A stretch of DNA of 61,151 bases, the filler included, from Dugesia japonica (lineage: Eukaryota), in assembly GCA_001938525.1 (NCBI GenBank). It is 6 parts of 6 records of this genome, joined end to end, with 100 filler letters (N's around TTAATTAATTAA, not from the genome) between each part and the next. Parts side by side here need not be neighbours in the genome. Positions count along the whole stretch, not along the records: positions 28,693 to 39,110 come from MQRL01638564.1; positions 39,211 to 48,907 come from MQRL01642215.1; positions 49,008 to 61,151 come from MQRL01591919.1; 3 more parts are not named here. One strand, written 5' to 3'. A program made the position numbers and the translations under genes. Below the pieces are notes generated by a model. It saw only the letters and a program-made list of their open reading frames with translations, was not told the origin of the DNA and did not search any database. Of the stretch, positions 35,937-49,481 are shown piece after piece; the first letter of the stretch is position 1; each line of letters starts with the position of its first letter.

Positions 35937-37679
35937 TATGCTTTTATAAAAATAATAATATTTTAAAATAATAACATAAATAATAATAAAAAATCATTTT
36001 AATAATAAAAAAGATATGACAGGGTTACGAAGAAATAATCTAAATTTAACTCCAATTATAAGGATAAATAAGATTAATAGTAGGTAGATCGTGGCAGACT
36101 GTACCACCTTACATGCAGTACCCCCTGGATTAGTGATGTCATGAAACTTAATCCTAATGCATTTAGTTGGGAATTTAAAAAATGATGTTTTATTAGGTAA
36201 TATTACGAAATAAGATTAATTATTATAGAATTTTTCCAATTTATTTAGTTGTGAAAAAAATTTGCACACAAATTATGTCATAAGATTCATTTCATCGGTG
36301 AAATTTTATGTAATAGGATTAATTAGTATAGAATTTTTCAGGCAATTTTAGCTGACGAGCAAAATTTATGTGTAATTATGTAACTTTTAATCGTGTTTTG
36401 AAAAGTTTGGTGAATTATTTTAAAATTTTAGGCTATTTAAGCGGCATTATTTTTTCAAGCTTTTTAGTTGGGTAAAGGTTTTTATAGGAAATATTTATAG
36501 AAATCCGGGCAAAACCGTTCATTTTGTTTAAATAATATGAAAATTTTTTAATCAATTTTTTATGGGAATCCGGAGCATCCTAAATTTAAAAAATAATTTT
36601 TTCAATTTTTACAACATATAGATATTTTTAGACAAATCTACTCAGAATTTAACAGCGATTTGGTTTTCTCAGTATTTTGCACATGATTGTTCGAAAAACT
36701 TTTTCTTCTCAAATTAGGTTAAGAATGTGGGTTTTTGATAGAGAATATTTCGCTGATTCCAAATATGTTAACCTAAAATTGCCAAAGTTTATACTTGATG
36801 AAATAAATGATAACAGTTATGAGCTCAAATTTGGTATTATTTTACTTAAGAAGAAAAAGTGATTGTGCAAAGTTAAAATATCGTCTTGGGAAAAATGCTT
36901 CCTAATGAATATGTACAGCTATCCTCCCGGATTTGGTAACATTTTTTGAAAATATCAAAAGTAACTCAAAATTTATCGATATTGATACTATTTGAAAGGA
37001 AACTTTACGATAAATACAAAAAACATAGTTAAAAATTAACAAACCTTATGTACAAAACGTTATATCAANNNNATATNNAACGTNATNTNGAGTCTAACCC
37101 GAGTAACATTAAAATAATAAAAACACACTGTAAAAACTAAAACTAAAATAAAGTCATTTTTTCAAAGTAAAAAATTTATTTAATAAAAATCTGATTAATC
37201 TGTCTGTTTCGTTTCTTTTGTTTGTATTCTGGTTAACGATTTCAAACTGTTTTATGTGATTATAATTTTCAAGCTATTTAGTTGGTGATAATTTTTAGAA
37301 TTTTTAGATTATGATAAAGGATTAATTAATCAACCCCTAGTTAATCTCATATTATAAAAAATACAAGTCGCTTCTGGGTACATTAAAAGTTAGTTGATCT
37401 TAATTAAAAAAATGTTAATAAATTTTAAATTTTAGAAAAAACTTTAATTTCGATTGAAAGTTTCATCAACGAAGTTGATCCTAGTTGATTAGGGGCAATT
37501 ATTGATTATTGTTTAGTATATTAGGCCAATTTTCAACAATTTTAGTTAAAGAATTTACTCAATGAGATCAATTTTCAGTCAATCACAGTCTATTTGCTTA
37601 AGAATTCCATTGGAAATGATCAAATTTAAATTTCAACAATAAATTAGTCGCTCCCATTGAATTTTAACATTTATAGTTA

Positions 37680-38730
37680 TGTTGGGGCGAAACACCCGCT
37701 AAACGGGAATAAGGCTGAAAAGCCGAGTCAACAGAAAAGAATAGCAGGACCGCTATAATCTCCAATAATGAAATATAAGGCATGAAACCACCATTAGAAA
37801 AGAACGAAATAAAATCAAAGATGAATACGAAGAACCGGGTAACATGAAATCAACTTACAACTGGAAATTAAGAAAAATTATTAAATTAATAATAAACAAC
37901 AAAGAAAAGCAGTATGGAAAATAATTAATTTTAAAAAGAAAATTAATTAATTTTAAAAAGAAAAAGAAGCAAAATTAGATAGAAATCTGTTTTACCCGAA
38001 TAACGCAGTTCAATAAAATCGGAGAGAATCCGGGTAAGGAAATATGGAAAGAAAATAATAAGACGCATCAAAATCGCCAAGAAGAAAAAACTTACCACCA
38101 TCCAGAAGGGTGCTGCAAGGTCCTCAAGATCGGGCCAATAAGAGACCTGAAAATAAAAATAAAACAAAGACACAATTATCATGTGTCAGGCCAAAAATAG
38201 ACGCCAATGATAACTCCAAAATTCCGAAAACAATTTAGAAAATTGGCACCAGAACCAATAAGAAGTCTTAAAACCTATTTAAAAATAAACCACAAATCGG
38301 AGAGAAGTTGGGGTGTGCAGAAAACCATATAAAAAGACCCTTAATTTTGGCAGAAAAAACAACGAAAATAAATAAAACCACTAATTTCGTATATCCATAT
38401 ACATACAAATTTCTGTAGAGACTGAATTGTGAATCAAATCAGTCAACAGCTATTCCGAGATATTAACTGAATAAAATTGGTTATCGCGCGTCAATCGTGA
38501 TATCTCAGAGGATCTTCGTAACTTAAATTTTTTCTTTTGCATTGTGAGTAAATTTATTTCTGTCAAGAAATAGGAAAATACAGGAATTCCCAATTCAGGA
38601 ATCAAACCCAGGAATTGCCAAAACGTTATGCCCAAAAAAACCCGTTGCAGAAATCTCTTAGTTTTGTCCACAAGAAATAAAAAAGAAGTAATTATTATTT
38701 TAATTGTGTTGAATTAGTGTTACATGAAAA
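37680..38730 (+). mobile_element. Probable long LTR fragment beginning TGTTGGGGCGAAACACCC
   Basis: TG start, abrupt switch to purine-skewed composition, and similar starts at 41431 and 48685. Right end uncertain. Confidence 0.35.
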
Positions 38731-39110
38731 GTCTATTATAATTTATTCTAATAAAATTAGCTGTGTTAAATTGATATTATATGGAAAAGTTATTATGATT
38801 TATTTAATAATTTCAGTTACGTAAATTTGAAAAGAAAATTTGATATAACTTATGTTAATAAATTTAGATATGTTAAAAAACATTGTACCTTGCTATTTTA
38901 TTTATGAAAATAACTATTACGAGAGTCGATGATAAATTTTTGGTATGACATATGCACTATAAAAGAAAGAAATATATAAAAGCCACTAAAAAAGTTTATT
39001 TTATCAAAATTAATAAATTACCATCATCAATTCAAAATGAAAATATCCATCGGAATAGTCATAAGGAAAAATCAATAATTGTATCTCACATATTTTTCTT
39101 TTAGTTAAAT

Positions 39111-39210
39111 NNNNNNNNNNNNNNNNNNNNNNNNNNNNNNNNNNNNNNNNNNNNTTAATTAATTAANNNNNNNNNNNNNNNNNNNNNNNNNNNNNNNNNN
39201 NNNNNNNNNN
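39111..39210. other. Artificial contig-joining linker
   Basis: 44 N + TTAATTAATTAA + 44 N. Confidence 0.95.
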
Positions 39211-41030
39211 TAGCCTACAGGATATGGTTGATGTCGCTGTCAAATTTGCTGATTGGTCTCATCTAGATTTTCGGCCGAGCAAGTGCGCATACTTACCTTG
39301 TCCTATAAATGGTGAACTTGCTCAAATTGTCGTTAGGGATGAAGCTATACCAAAACTGTTGAATAATGACTCGTATCGATATCTTGGGGTCGATTTTAAT
39401 CGTGAACACTTTCAAATACCAACGGACATGTTTACTAAAGCTGCTAAAGATCTGGAGAAAATTTCTAACTCCGTACTGTATCCTTGGCAGAAAATTCACT
39501 CATATCGAACCTTTATTCATTCTAGGTTCACTTTTGCTTTCAGGAACTTTAACATTCCGTTGGGAAAGTTTGACTGCAGTGAAAATTATGAAAATGGAAT
39601 TCTTCTTCGACCACGAGGTATCGATAAGAGCATTCGCACTAGCATTAGGCAAATCTTGTCTGTTCCAACCACTGCTGCATGTGACTATTTGTATAGTTCT
39701 CTTAAACTTGGAAGTGTTGGGTTAACTTCTGCGTACAATATTCCGAAGAACATTCCGTACAATCTTTGGTTCAAGCTTTTAAAAAGCTTACTTGTTTTGA
39801 CAAGACTGTACGGGATGTCGCCAGCAATGATCTTTTTCATGCTGCGACTAAGCATCTTAAGCGTTTTGATTTGTGTTCCTTAGATTAATCTCTTGATTGG
39901 CTTTCCATAGATACCACCAATTCGAATCTGATGTGTTGGTGGTCTAAAGTCCATGACGCAATTGCTTAACTGTACAAATTGTATTACATACAAATTAAGT
40001 TCAAACGGAATGAACTTGACATTTGTANGCAGATAATCGATTGCTTCTCTGAAGGAAATTACTTAATTTCTTTCAAGGACCGGAGAGGTCTGACTAAGTT
40101 ACTTCACAATCTTTTAGGTTTGGCACACACAAGGAAGTGAAACAGTCAGTTGAAAGCAAGAAGACTTTCGACTTCAATCGGTGCCTTTCCTCTTTCAACG
40201 AAGCCACTGTTTGATGGATCGATCAATATGGAAAGCTGGAGTTTCATCCATAAAGCAAGAANNNNNNNNNNNNNNNNNNNNNNNNNNNNNNNNNNNNNNN
40301 NNNNNNNNNNNNNNNNNNNNNNNNNNNNNNNNNNNNNNNNNNNNNNNNNNNNNNNNNNNNNNNTCTTCATTCCGAATTGGAAGACATAATGATGTGCTTG
40401 AATTGCTTGCCAGTTTTATCAGATCAAACACAAGCTATACAGTTGTTGTAGATCAGACTGGTGAATTTGTCAACAGAACAGATCGTGTCGACCTTCAGCT
40501 AATAAACAGAGGTACCAAGCGTATTTTTCTTTTGGATGTGAAGATTCCATATGACACATCTGATAACATCACACTAACCAGAGATAATAATATTCTTAAA
40601 TACACACCACTCAAGGAAGACATCTTGAAAAACTTGCATCGTTGGAAAGTCTTCCTTGAGACAATCTCAGTAGGGTACCTGGGATCTTGGTGTGTAGAAA
40701 ACGAACATGTTTTAAAACAGGTAGGTTTAAAGGCTAGTGTGATTAGGAAATTCGCGTTAATATCGATACAGATATGCATTGGTTGGTCTAGCAAAAATTG
40801 GCGCTTCCATAACGGACAAGCTGGTGCAACAGACAATTCTGAAGAACAATGCGGAATTGTTTATGACAGTGAGTCCGATTTTGAAGGGTTGGATTAATGT
40901 CCAAATTTTTAAGTGTCTTTTTTGTGGTTTCTTTTCTTTTTTTTCCTCCCTTTCTATTTGTCTTTTTGGTTTTTTTTACAGCATTTAGCTGGCCGAGCCA
41001 GGACTAGATTTAACTTGGGGAGGGTTTTCT
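39211..41030 (+). mobile_element. 3' part of an RLE-type non-LTR retrotransposon (R2/NeSL/R4-like)
   Basis: RT C-terminus LDFRPSKC, YRYLG, LYPWQK, GSVGL; restriction-like endonuclease RHNDVL..RVDL..FLLDVKIPYD..KY..L..VGYLGSW ending at 40897; T-rich 3' UTR. Confidence 0.85.
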
Positions 41031-44000
41031 GGTCTGAAAGATGACTTTTGTATATCTTGGCGTACTAATACGTGTGGTTTTCAAGACACAGGAACAAGAG
41101 ATCGCAGAAATGAAATTACAACTAGCTCAAACGGAAGACGAGGCAATACGGAACCAACAAGAGCAGTGGAAACGAGATCAGGCATTAGTGGATTTGCTAT
41201 TTAGAGTTTGACAGCATCTTAAGAGAACACCACTTCGTACGGAAAGAGGAACCTTTATAAATCGTGAAGTAAAAGAATACGAAAAAGTTGCGGAGGGTTT
41301 AGAAGCTCGAATTGTACAAGTCATGCCAACCATGGTGCCATATTTAATAGAAGATGGCGAAATAGTTGAAGAGACCTTAGTGTGACCCAATTGTAAAAAT
41401 TGAATATAATTTAACTGTGTTTTAAGCTTCTGTTGGGCTGAAACAGGCCAGTTTGGAAAAAAAATAAATATTGCGAAGTGACCAGAAAAGAAACGATAAA
41501 CTCAGCTCAATCAGAATAAACTAAAACCCAAGAAGATTATAAATAAAATGAAAGAATGTTAAAATTAAATAATTGATCGAAAAAAAAACTAGAAGAAAGG
41601 AAAATTAACAGAGAAAGAACATATATTGTTATTTATAAATATATAATTGATATACAAGTAGAATTATAATAAAAAGTTATTATAAATATAATAAAATAAT
41701 TAATGTCAGAAAGTAGAATTAAAACAAAATTAATTCGTATTAAAAGATCGTATTAAAGTCGAACGAAAAATACGAGAAAGTAGATAGAAAATAAATCGGC
41801 ATTATATTTATAGTTAGAAGTATCAATAAAGGTATTATTATGTCAGTGGAGAATCATATTATATAATAAAAGTATTTAAATAGTTATCCTGTAATATTAA
41901 TTGTCGTTAAATATTATTAAATATGAAGACAGAATTGGAATTAAGAGATCAGAATTTGATTTAATGGGAGATAATAAAAAGTTAATTTAAAATTTGGTAT
42001 GAATATTAAATAATTACGATTAATTAGGTATAAATCCTTCTGTATAATATAGAAACAAACTATCTAAAATTATTATTATTTTACAATAAATATTATTAAA
42101 ATTATTATGAAAGCATAAATATTATTATTTATAACGAAAAAAAATAATAAGAAGAATTTACAGGCCCGAGTCTCATGAGAAGAAAGGAAATAAAAAGATA
42201 AATTAGAATTTAATAGTAATATCAAATTATTTATATTATTTTCTGTATTTATGTTTATTTATAGGTGGAAACAAAGTTCCCGAAATTTATTATTTTGTAA
42301 TTAAATATTATTATTTTATTGTTGTGCAGGTGATATTGAAGTATAATACTACAGTGAATTTAGACAGATTTGAATGAACAATACTTAAAAAAAAAATTTT
42401 TTTTTATTTTCTTATGAAAGCACTACACATTGATTGAAAACTAAAATTTAAAACACACGCATGAACAAGCTGTAAATCGGGTGAGCACCGAGAAGCGGTA
42501 ATAGCAATATAATCTATAAGACTGATTGAGCACTGGCCATGCTATAGAATATCAAAAATATAGTGAACAGAAAAACATGACTAAATATAGTCATTGTGAG
42601 CAAAACTGCCAGNGAGTACGGCACGACTCATTGAGTTTTTCTGAAAATTATAAGTGGTGCCTACAACATCTGCCAAAGAAAATACTATGAAAGCAGAAAC
42701 AAAATTTGGAATTTTAACTACTTTTCATTTGAATTCGACTTGCTAACTTATCGTTAAAAGTTACAAGTTGATTTATTAAATCGAGAGAACGACTTTTGGT
42801 AAAAGCAAATTTTGAGAAAGTAATTCTTATGATTTTATTTTAAATTTTTATAAATTGATAAATGGAATACTGAGGCGAGGCTCATTGTTGACTAGCAGAG
42901 CTGGCAACGATGGGCGTCACAACTCAGAGATCCGTATAATGAGATCACGAGATCATTCACCATTTGATTTTGAGAACAAAACTGTGCATTTAGGATATGA
43001 TACGAAAGAGAACCTATATTATATGAACGAGTGGAATGAATTATAAAAATGTGAGAAGTGAATAAAAATTATGTGAGAGGAGAATCTAGGTTATGTGAAA
43101 GAGATCGTGTGCATAAGAGTAGTAAACTGATATTATGTGAGCAAGAGAAACGAACGTGACGGTTGTTCTACAAATAAAAGTTGGAATATTCACTGAGATA
43201 TGAGTTGATGATAATAATAAATGATCGTGCAGGTAAATGATAAATGAGAGAATACGATGGAGGGCGATGTAGTGATAACATGATGTCACCAATAATTATG
43301 GAATATGAATTAAGCGTTGAAACATAACTCGGTCTACGTGGGGTGGAATCTTTTCTAATACTAGTGGTTGAATCCTATCTATTCTAACCATTTTTTATGT
43401 TGTATGATTAAATGGTTGTAAATTTATATAAAAATATCATGTTGTTTGATTAATATTTGTTGGTTCTTATTATGATTACTTTAGATAGTGAAAAGAAATC
43501 CTGATATAATTATGCTTGCCAATGAATCATTCGTCATGTCGGAGGGGGATGGATCTCTTATGAAAGGAAAGTTTAATATGAATAGGTTATCGAGAGGAAG
43601 TATGCCTCAAGGAAGATCTTAATAAGCGCGAAGAAACCATTCAAATGAATTGATAATAAAGATTAATAGAACCTCCAACTCCATCCAAAATGACGAGTGA
43701 TTGGTGGTTGGTCAGCAGTAAAGTTTAATTCTTTTGTCATTTGATATTATTAAAGCTTATTAGTAATTTAAATTTTAACATTTGATAAATTATTCAGAAT
43801 TGTAAATATGTTCATGCAAATTATTGTTAATATCTAGAATGGCAAGCTCAATTAACAAGACAGTGATTGGAGNNNNNNNNNNNNNNNNNNNNNNNNNNNN
43901 NNNNNNNNNNNNNNNNNNNNNNNNNNNNNNNNNNNNNNNNNNNNNNGGAGAATATGGAACCAATCAGGATCCATGGTGGATCACTCAGGATCACATAGAA

Positions 44001-45085
44001 CAGAAAAACGCGCAGATAACAAAGTTGCAAGAACAGATCACCAGACAATAGGGAATCCTACAGCAAAAGATTGAAACGCTTGATCGACTCCAGGAATAGG
44101 TAGAGACCCAGAAACAGGCATATCTGCAGCGAGTGGAGGGACTGATGAAGGAACAAGAAGCTTGTGAAAAGGGTTTGATTACCCTACTCATTCGTTCAAC
44201 GGAATTGGCGCAACAGCAACAGCGACTCATCCAAACATTATGGGTATCCGATAAGGAATCCAAAGAATACTCTAAACTGTCGGATCGTCTAGTGGTCCAG
44301 ATTGAATCCACTCTGCAACAAATCTTGTTTCCCTTGTGTGAAGGGGAGGTTGTGGTTGAAACATCAGTGTGATCAGACTTATACGTGAAATATAATTATT
44401 ATACGTGAATATAATTTTATTCTTGAATGGCTTTTTATCTCTTGATGTAAATTTTTATGAATGTTTATTATGCTTCTGACTAACCTTATTAGCTACTTTA
44501 GATCTCGACGTTAATTTTAATTAAACAGCCGATTCAACGAATAATGTGTTATAAATAGTAAAATTATAAAACAAATACCGGACTTGATTACCACGATGCC
44601 CAAGTGTAATTACTTATAAAAATAATTTATTATATGATGAATAATTTCCAATAATCTTTGCAGTGTCCGACGCAAGGAAATTAACAGACACATCATTGGA
44701 CGACTTCCGGAAAAAGTGGACATCAACGCAGCGGAAATTACAGGTCGAAATCACGGACTTACAACGGAAGAACTTCTCGTTACGGGACATCAACATCAAA
44801 TTGAAAGAGAGGGACTTGGCGTTACCGCAGTCTGGTCATAAAAACATATGCCGACAGAGAAGTGGCGCTAATTATAACAGTTTGCATCCTCACCCAGGTA
44901 TCGAGATCGGAGAGAGAACCGGATAAAGGAAGAGACAAGGAGATCATTGACTTTGATGTTTGATGTTTTGAAGATCAAATTCTGTAAAGAAATGTTTACG
45001 TTCAAAGATAAAATCCTCTTCAATGAGGATAAAATAAAATAAACCAATTGTCAGAGCCGAATAATAAACAAAACTGAATCCTAAG

Positions 45086-45192
45086 ACGGGATACAGCATA
45101 GTCTCGCTGAATCCGGGAATGGGGGGTCTTGTTGCTGAAGAAAGCAACGCACATTTCTGTAGTTGCTAGGTATCATCCCCTCGACAGAAATG
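45086..45192 (+). ncRNA. Candidate structured RNA element, copy 1
   Basis: 22-nt identity with 45845-45866 (ACGGGATACAGCATAGTCTCGC, hairpin); stem CATTTCTGT/ACAGAAATG enclosing a 23-nt loop. Confidence 0.4.
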
Positions 45193-45844
45193 ATGCTTCA
45201 AGAAAGAAACAACAAGGAACGAGAACTGAATACCAAGACATTATTAACAGAACATCAAAAGCCTAGTAACCTAACACTTCTTTTTCTCTGATAACAGAAC
45301 TGTGACAGATTAACGAGTTATTGTTATTAATAAAGAAAATTCTTGACTCATTATATTAAGTCTCTATACTGATAAAACCATGAAATGATATTTGTTAAAT
45401 CTGCAGAATGTCTGTCAGAATCGACAAACCGACGAGAGAATAATTGTTAACAGAGCATCAAAAGAATCGGGTAGAACTGAAAGGAGCTTAGAGAAACCAA
45501 AAACGAAAATGTTGTGCTGAAAAGGAAAATTTCAGGTCTACAAGAAAGGGTGAGCACAAGTTTATAGAGATAACTCGTCCCCATGGCTAACAATAGAATG
45601 TTCATGGAGATTGTAAAAACCTTCACCGATCGGGAAATAGCGGTATTAGCCAATGTTCGGACGTTATGAAAAGAAATTGACAGTAAGAAGATTGCAGAAG
45701 ACACGAGAGAACATGTTTTGTGTTCTCCGTGAAATCTAAAATGTCAATAAATGTAACAATGTTTTCAGAGTCTTTCTTAGTCATTCACAGAATTAGATTA
45801 AATGAACGTAAACATATAATAGAACATCAATAGACTTTCTAAAT

Positions 45845-45950
45845 ACGGGATACAGCATAGTCTCGCATGAACCACAGGGTAGATGATCGACTCTCAAAGT
45901 GTTTACAAATTTCTTCCGGTTTCAGGATATCTACCCCTAGAAGAGATATG
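45845..45950 (+). ncRNA. Candidate structured RNA element, copy 2
   Basis: Same hairpin; stem ATTTCTTC/GAAGAGAT enclosing a 23-nt loop; GGGTAGAT/ATCTACCC pseudoknot pairing. Confidence 0.4.
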
Positions 45951-47060
45951 GGATGGATAAGAAAAAATACGCCTAAAATTTTAAACAAAAAAACCCTCGA
46001 AACCCAACAATTTTATTGATTTTATATGTAGAATTTTGACGTTACATCAGCAGTTATATTTTGCGCTACCTATTGAAGGAGATAAAGTTGAACTCAAATC
46101 CTATAATATTTTTTGTACTCATAAATTTTATTGCTTGGCATAAATAATCCAAATTAAAATCAGCAGTTTTTTTATTTCAACAGTAGATTACCATTGTTAC
46201 TCAACTAAGAGTAACTAGTTAAATTCTTTGAAATATTATAATTACATTATTCGCAATTAGAAAACAATGTTTTTGATTAAATATCTGAATTTACAAATCA
46301 GTGAATGAAGTAGAATGAAAATACTTAAATACAGCTGTGATCACCTAATCCTAATATTTACACACCAAGAAACAGATCAATGATACGAAAATCAATAATA
46401 CAATAAAAGCAAAATGATTAAATAGTCTAAATAATTTGTTAACTAAAATCTGTAACATTAAAACATTTGATTTTCTTAAGTCTTGAAAGTTGATTTTGAA
46501 TTGAAATGTGAATTTATTTTATTTTAGTGTATATAGTTTAATTTAATAAAATTTATTATTTAAAATAAAGAAATTTGTAATGTTTTTTTCTAAATCATTT
46601 TTACCTTTATTTTGTTTTACTATTTCATTATAAAATTACTTGATTTGACCTTAAAATAAAAGTAACAAAGTAAAACTTATGTTGGCATTATTTATAAAAA
46701 ATTATTCGTGTTTTAACTGATCATCGTGATGTTAATTTTTTGTTTTTTTAAAAATAACTTTAAATCTCAGAAGTTAATGTAGTGCTATTACAGTTTATTT
46801 TCATTTTGAAGCAAGCAGAATTTCGAATAAACAGCTTTGATTAAACTAAAATAACTTTTAAAATATTTATTAGTTGCGATCAATTTCGACAGAATAACCG
46901 TCATCATCAGGCAAATAAAGAATATTAAAACAAACTATTTACAAAGTTTAAATAATTATATTTCAAATAAGGCCACAATTTTTTAAAATTTAAATTTGAG
47001 ATTTTATGTCAAAGGGATAAACAATTCTGATCAGGAATTTATTTAAATGTATATATATAA

Positions 47061-47376
47061 ATTCCGTATCAGAAGTGTTTTTTCCCTGGGGCATTAATTT
47101 TCTTAATTAAATTGATTTTTTAAATAAAAAATGTTCAGAATGAATTCAACAACCTTATAAAATGCTTTGTACCATTTATTGTACCATCACATCAAATAAT
47201 ATATAATGACTCTGACTAAGATGTTAATAATTAATGTGATTAATAATTTATGTGGTGGTACAATGAAGGCTACAAAGCATTTTATAAAGTGGTTGAATTC
47301 ATTCTGAAAACTTTTGGATTTTAAATAATTAATTTAAATTTTGTCAAACCAAGAGAAATCTTTCTAAGCTCGGAGT
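47061..47376. mobile_element. Palindromic MITE (long imperfect inverted repeat)
   Basis: TTCAGAATGAATTCAACAACCTTATAAAATGCTTTGTA..ATTGTACCA (47134-47190) mirrored at 47250-47308. Confidence 0.65.
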
Positions 47377-48907
47377 CTTAAGAAAAAATTATCTTGGTAA
47401 TTCTAGTACTTTCTACGCAATTTTGCGCGTTTATACAATTGAGAACGCGATGTATTACCATTTTCGGTTGTTTTTCGAGATATTTTATGGCAGCATATGG
47501 TACTAACTTATTATTACTTAACTCGCAGTTCTTTCAATTTGAAGATTCAACTGCGGCTTGTCAGGATTCTTATTTCAACTCCGCACTTTTTACATTCTTT
47601 GATAACTTTTCATTACCTTATTGGAAATTATAACTCATTCTGAAGCTGCTAGTGAGTGCTATTACTACACGACTTTTTTCCCTGTTTATATTTGTTGAAT
47701 AGTTACCGATAAACGCCATGTCGTTGTAATTTTTTTTAATTAAACTAGGTGTCTTGTCATTTCATAGACAATCATTGTTCATTTACTTATCATAATTAAT
47801 TTTAAATTGAAGTAAGTGAATTAATTTTAGAATGTAATGTTCAGTTAATAAAATTAATTTTCACAGATTCAAAATCGCTCTTAAAATTATTTTATTGATT
47901 ATTTATTGAAATTGTATAATTGAAGTTACATAATCATTTATGCTTTATAAATAGTATTTTATTGATTTTTGTTGCCTGATAAAGAAGTTGTCTCTTGAAA
48001 TTAATTGTCAATAAATATTTTATTAAATCGTGTTCTTTTAATTTTAGTAATTATTTATTTATCTTTTCCATTTAAACAAATTCTTCTGGATAATTTTAAA
48101 GTTATTGATTAAAGTAGTCAAGCGTCAACGAATTTTTCCGCTCAAAATCAGATAGCAGTTTGAAATAATACAGAAACTGAAATATTATCAGAAATAACTT
48201 CATTAAATATTCACAAGGAAATTAAAANNNATAAATTTTCTAAAATTAGTAATCGTAGATTATAATTCAATTTATAGCTACACCACATATGTTCTACCAT
48301 CTGGTATTACAGTTTACATTTTGTTTTATTTTAGAATGATGTAAAATGAATTTTGTGTGTGATCCTACAAATTTGTTTTTAAAAAACATCTAAATCTTTT
48401 TGAAGATGAATTATTTAAAATTAAAACTTTTGAAAAGATATCGACGCAATGCAAGGCATGTGAATTCTGTTATGGTTGCTTTCTCCTCCCTTTACTGTTA
48501 TAGATTAAAACAGATTTAAAATTTTATATTTTTTACGGTTGAGTAAAATTCTGTAACCTTTTTTATCAGATTCTCTGTTTTGGCCTTCTTATGTTCAATT
48601 GTGTTTATCAGAAGATTATTTAAAAGAAATAATAACAATTAATTAAATTTCCCAAATATTTTCAAATACTCAAATAAAAGCTTCTGTGGGGGTGAAACAC
48701 CCAGTGAAAAGAATATTAAGTCCGAAGGGAACCATAAATCATTCTATGTCCGAACTAGAAACAAAATTACAGGAAGAAACATAAAAAAGACAAGCAGGTA
48801 TGGAAAATCAAACAAGAAAAAAAATCGGAAAATACTGTTAAATACAACTGGAGATGCAGAGGACTAAAATGAAGAGGGTTAATTATAATAATCAAAAGAA
48901 TTAAATA

Positions 48908-49007
48908 NNNNNNNNNNNNNNNNNNNNNNNNNNNNNNNNNNNNNNNNNNNNTTAATTAATTAANNNNNNNNNNNNNNNNNNNNNNNNNNNNNNNNNNNNN
49001 NNNNNNN
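48908..49007. other. Artificial contig-joining linker
   Basis: 44 N + TTAATTAATTAA + 44 N. Confidence 0.95.
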
Positions 49008-49481
49008 CATTACAAAAAAAGATTCATTATAACAAAATTTATCTATAAACTTTAAACATTTATGTCTACTTTGATACTGTGATTTATGTGACACATTCAA
49101 ACCTTCGGGTTTACTTGATAAAATTTATAAAAAAATGTTTTTACTAGAAATTATTGACAATTATATTTTAATAAGAATTTCTGTATGATTTCATCTGAGA
49201 AAACGTTGAATATAAATTAAATAATTTCATGGTTCAAAATTTATCTACCAATCTTCGATTTGGCTGAAATATGTAAAATATATTTACCAAAAATTAGCAA
49301 AAAAGTCTGGCAACACTTCAATTACAAAATATAATTACTGTAACGTAACTGTTTCTTATTTCATAAATATATTTTATTAATATAAACATTATTCATTAGT
49401 TTCTTTAGAAATCTTAATTGAATAAGATATCAATTAATAGTAAATTAATCAATTCCAAATATAAAAAAATAAAGAAAAATG

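Larger units (their letters stand above)
41431..46020 (+). mobile_element. Probable large LTR-type element segment with decayed coiled-coil accessory ORFs
   Basis: Starts TGTTGGGCTGAAACAGGCC. GC-richer Q/E/K-rich frames at 43946-44372, 44663-44926 and 45410-45670 with stops. No pol motif seen; boundaries uncertain. Confidence 0.35.

Noticed and set aside
45134-45192. Hammerhead ribozyme (CTGAAGA followed by a stem)
   Set aside because: No GAAA directly after the putative stem II, no stem I/III closure, and the motif is absent from the second copy.
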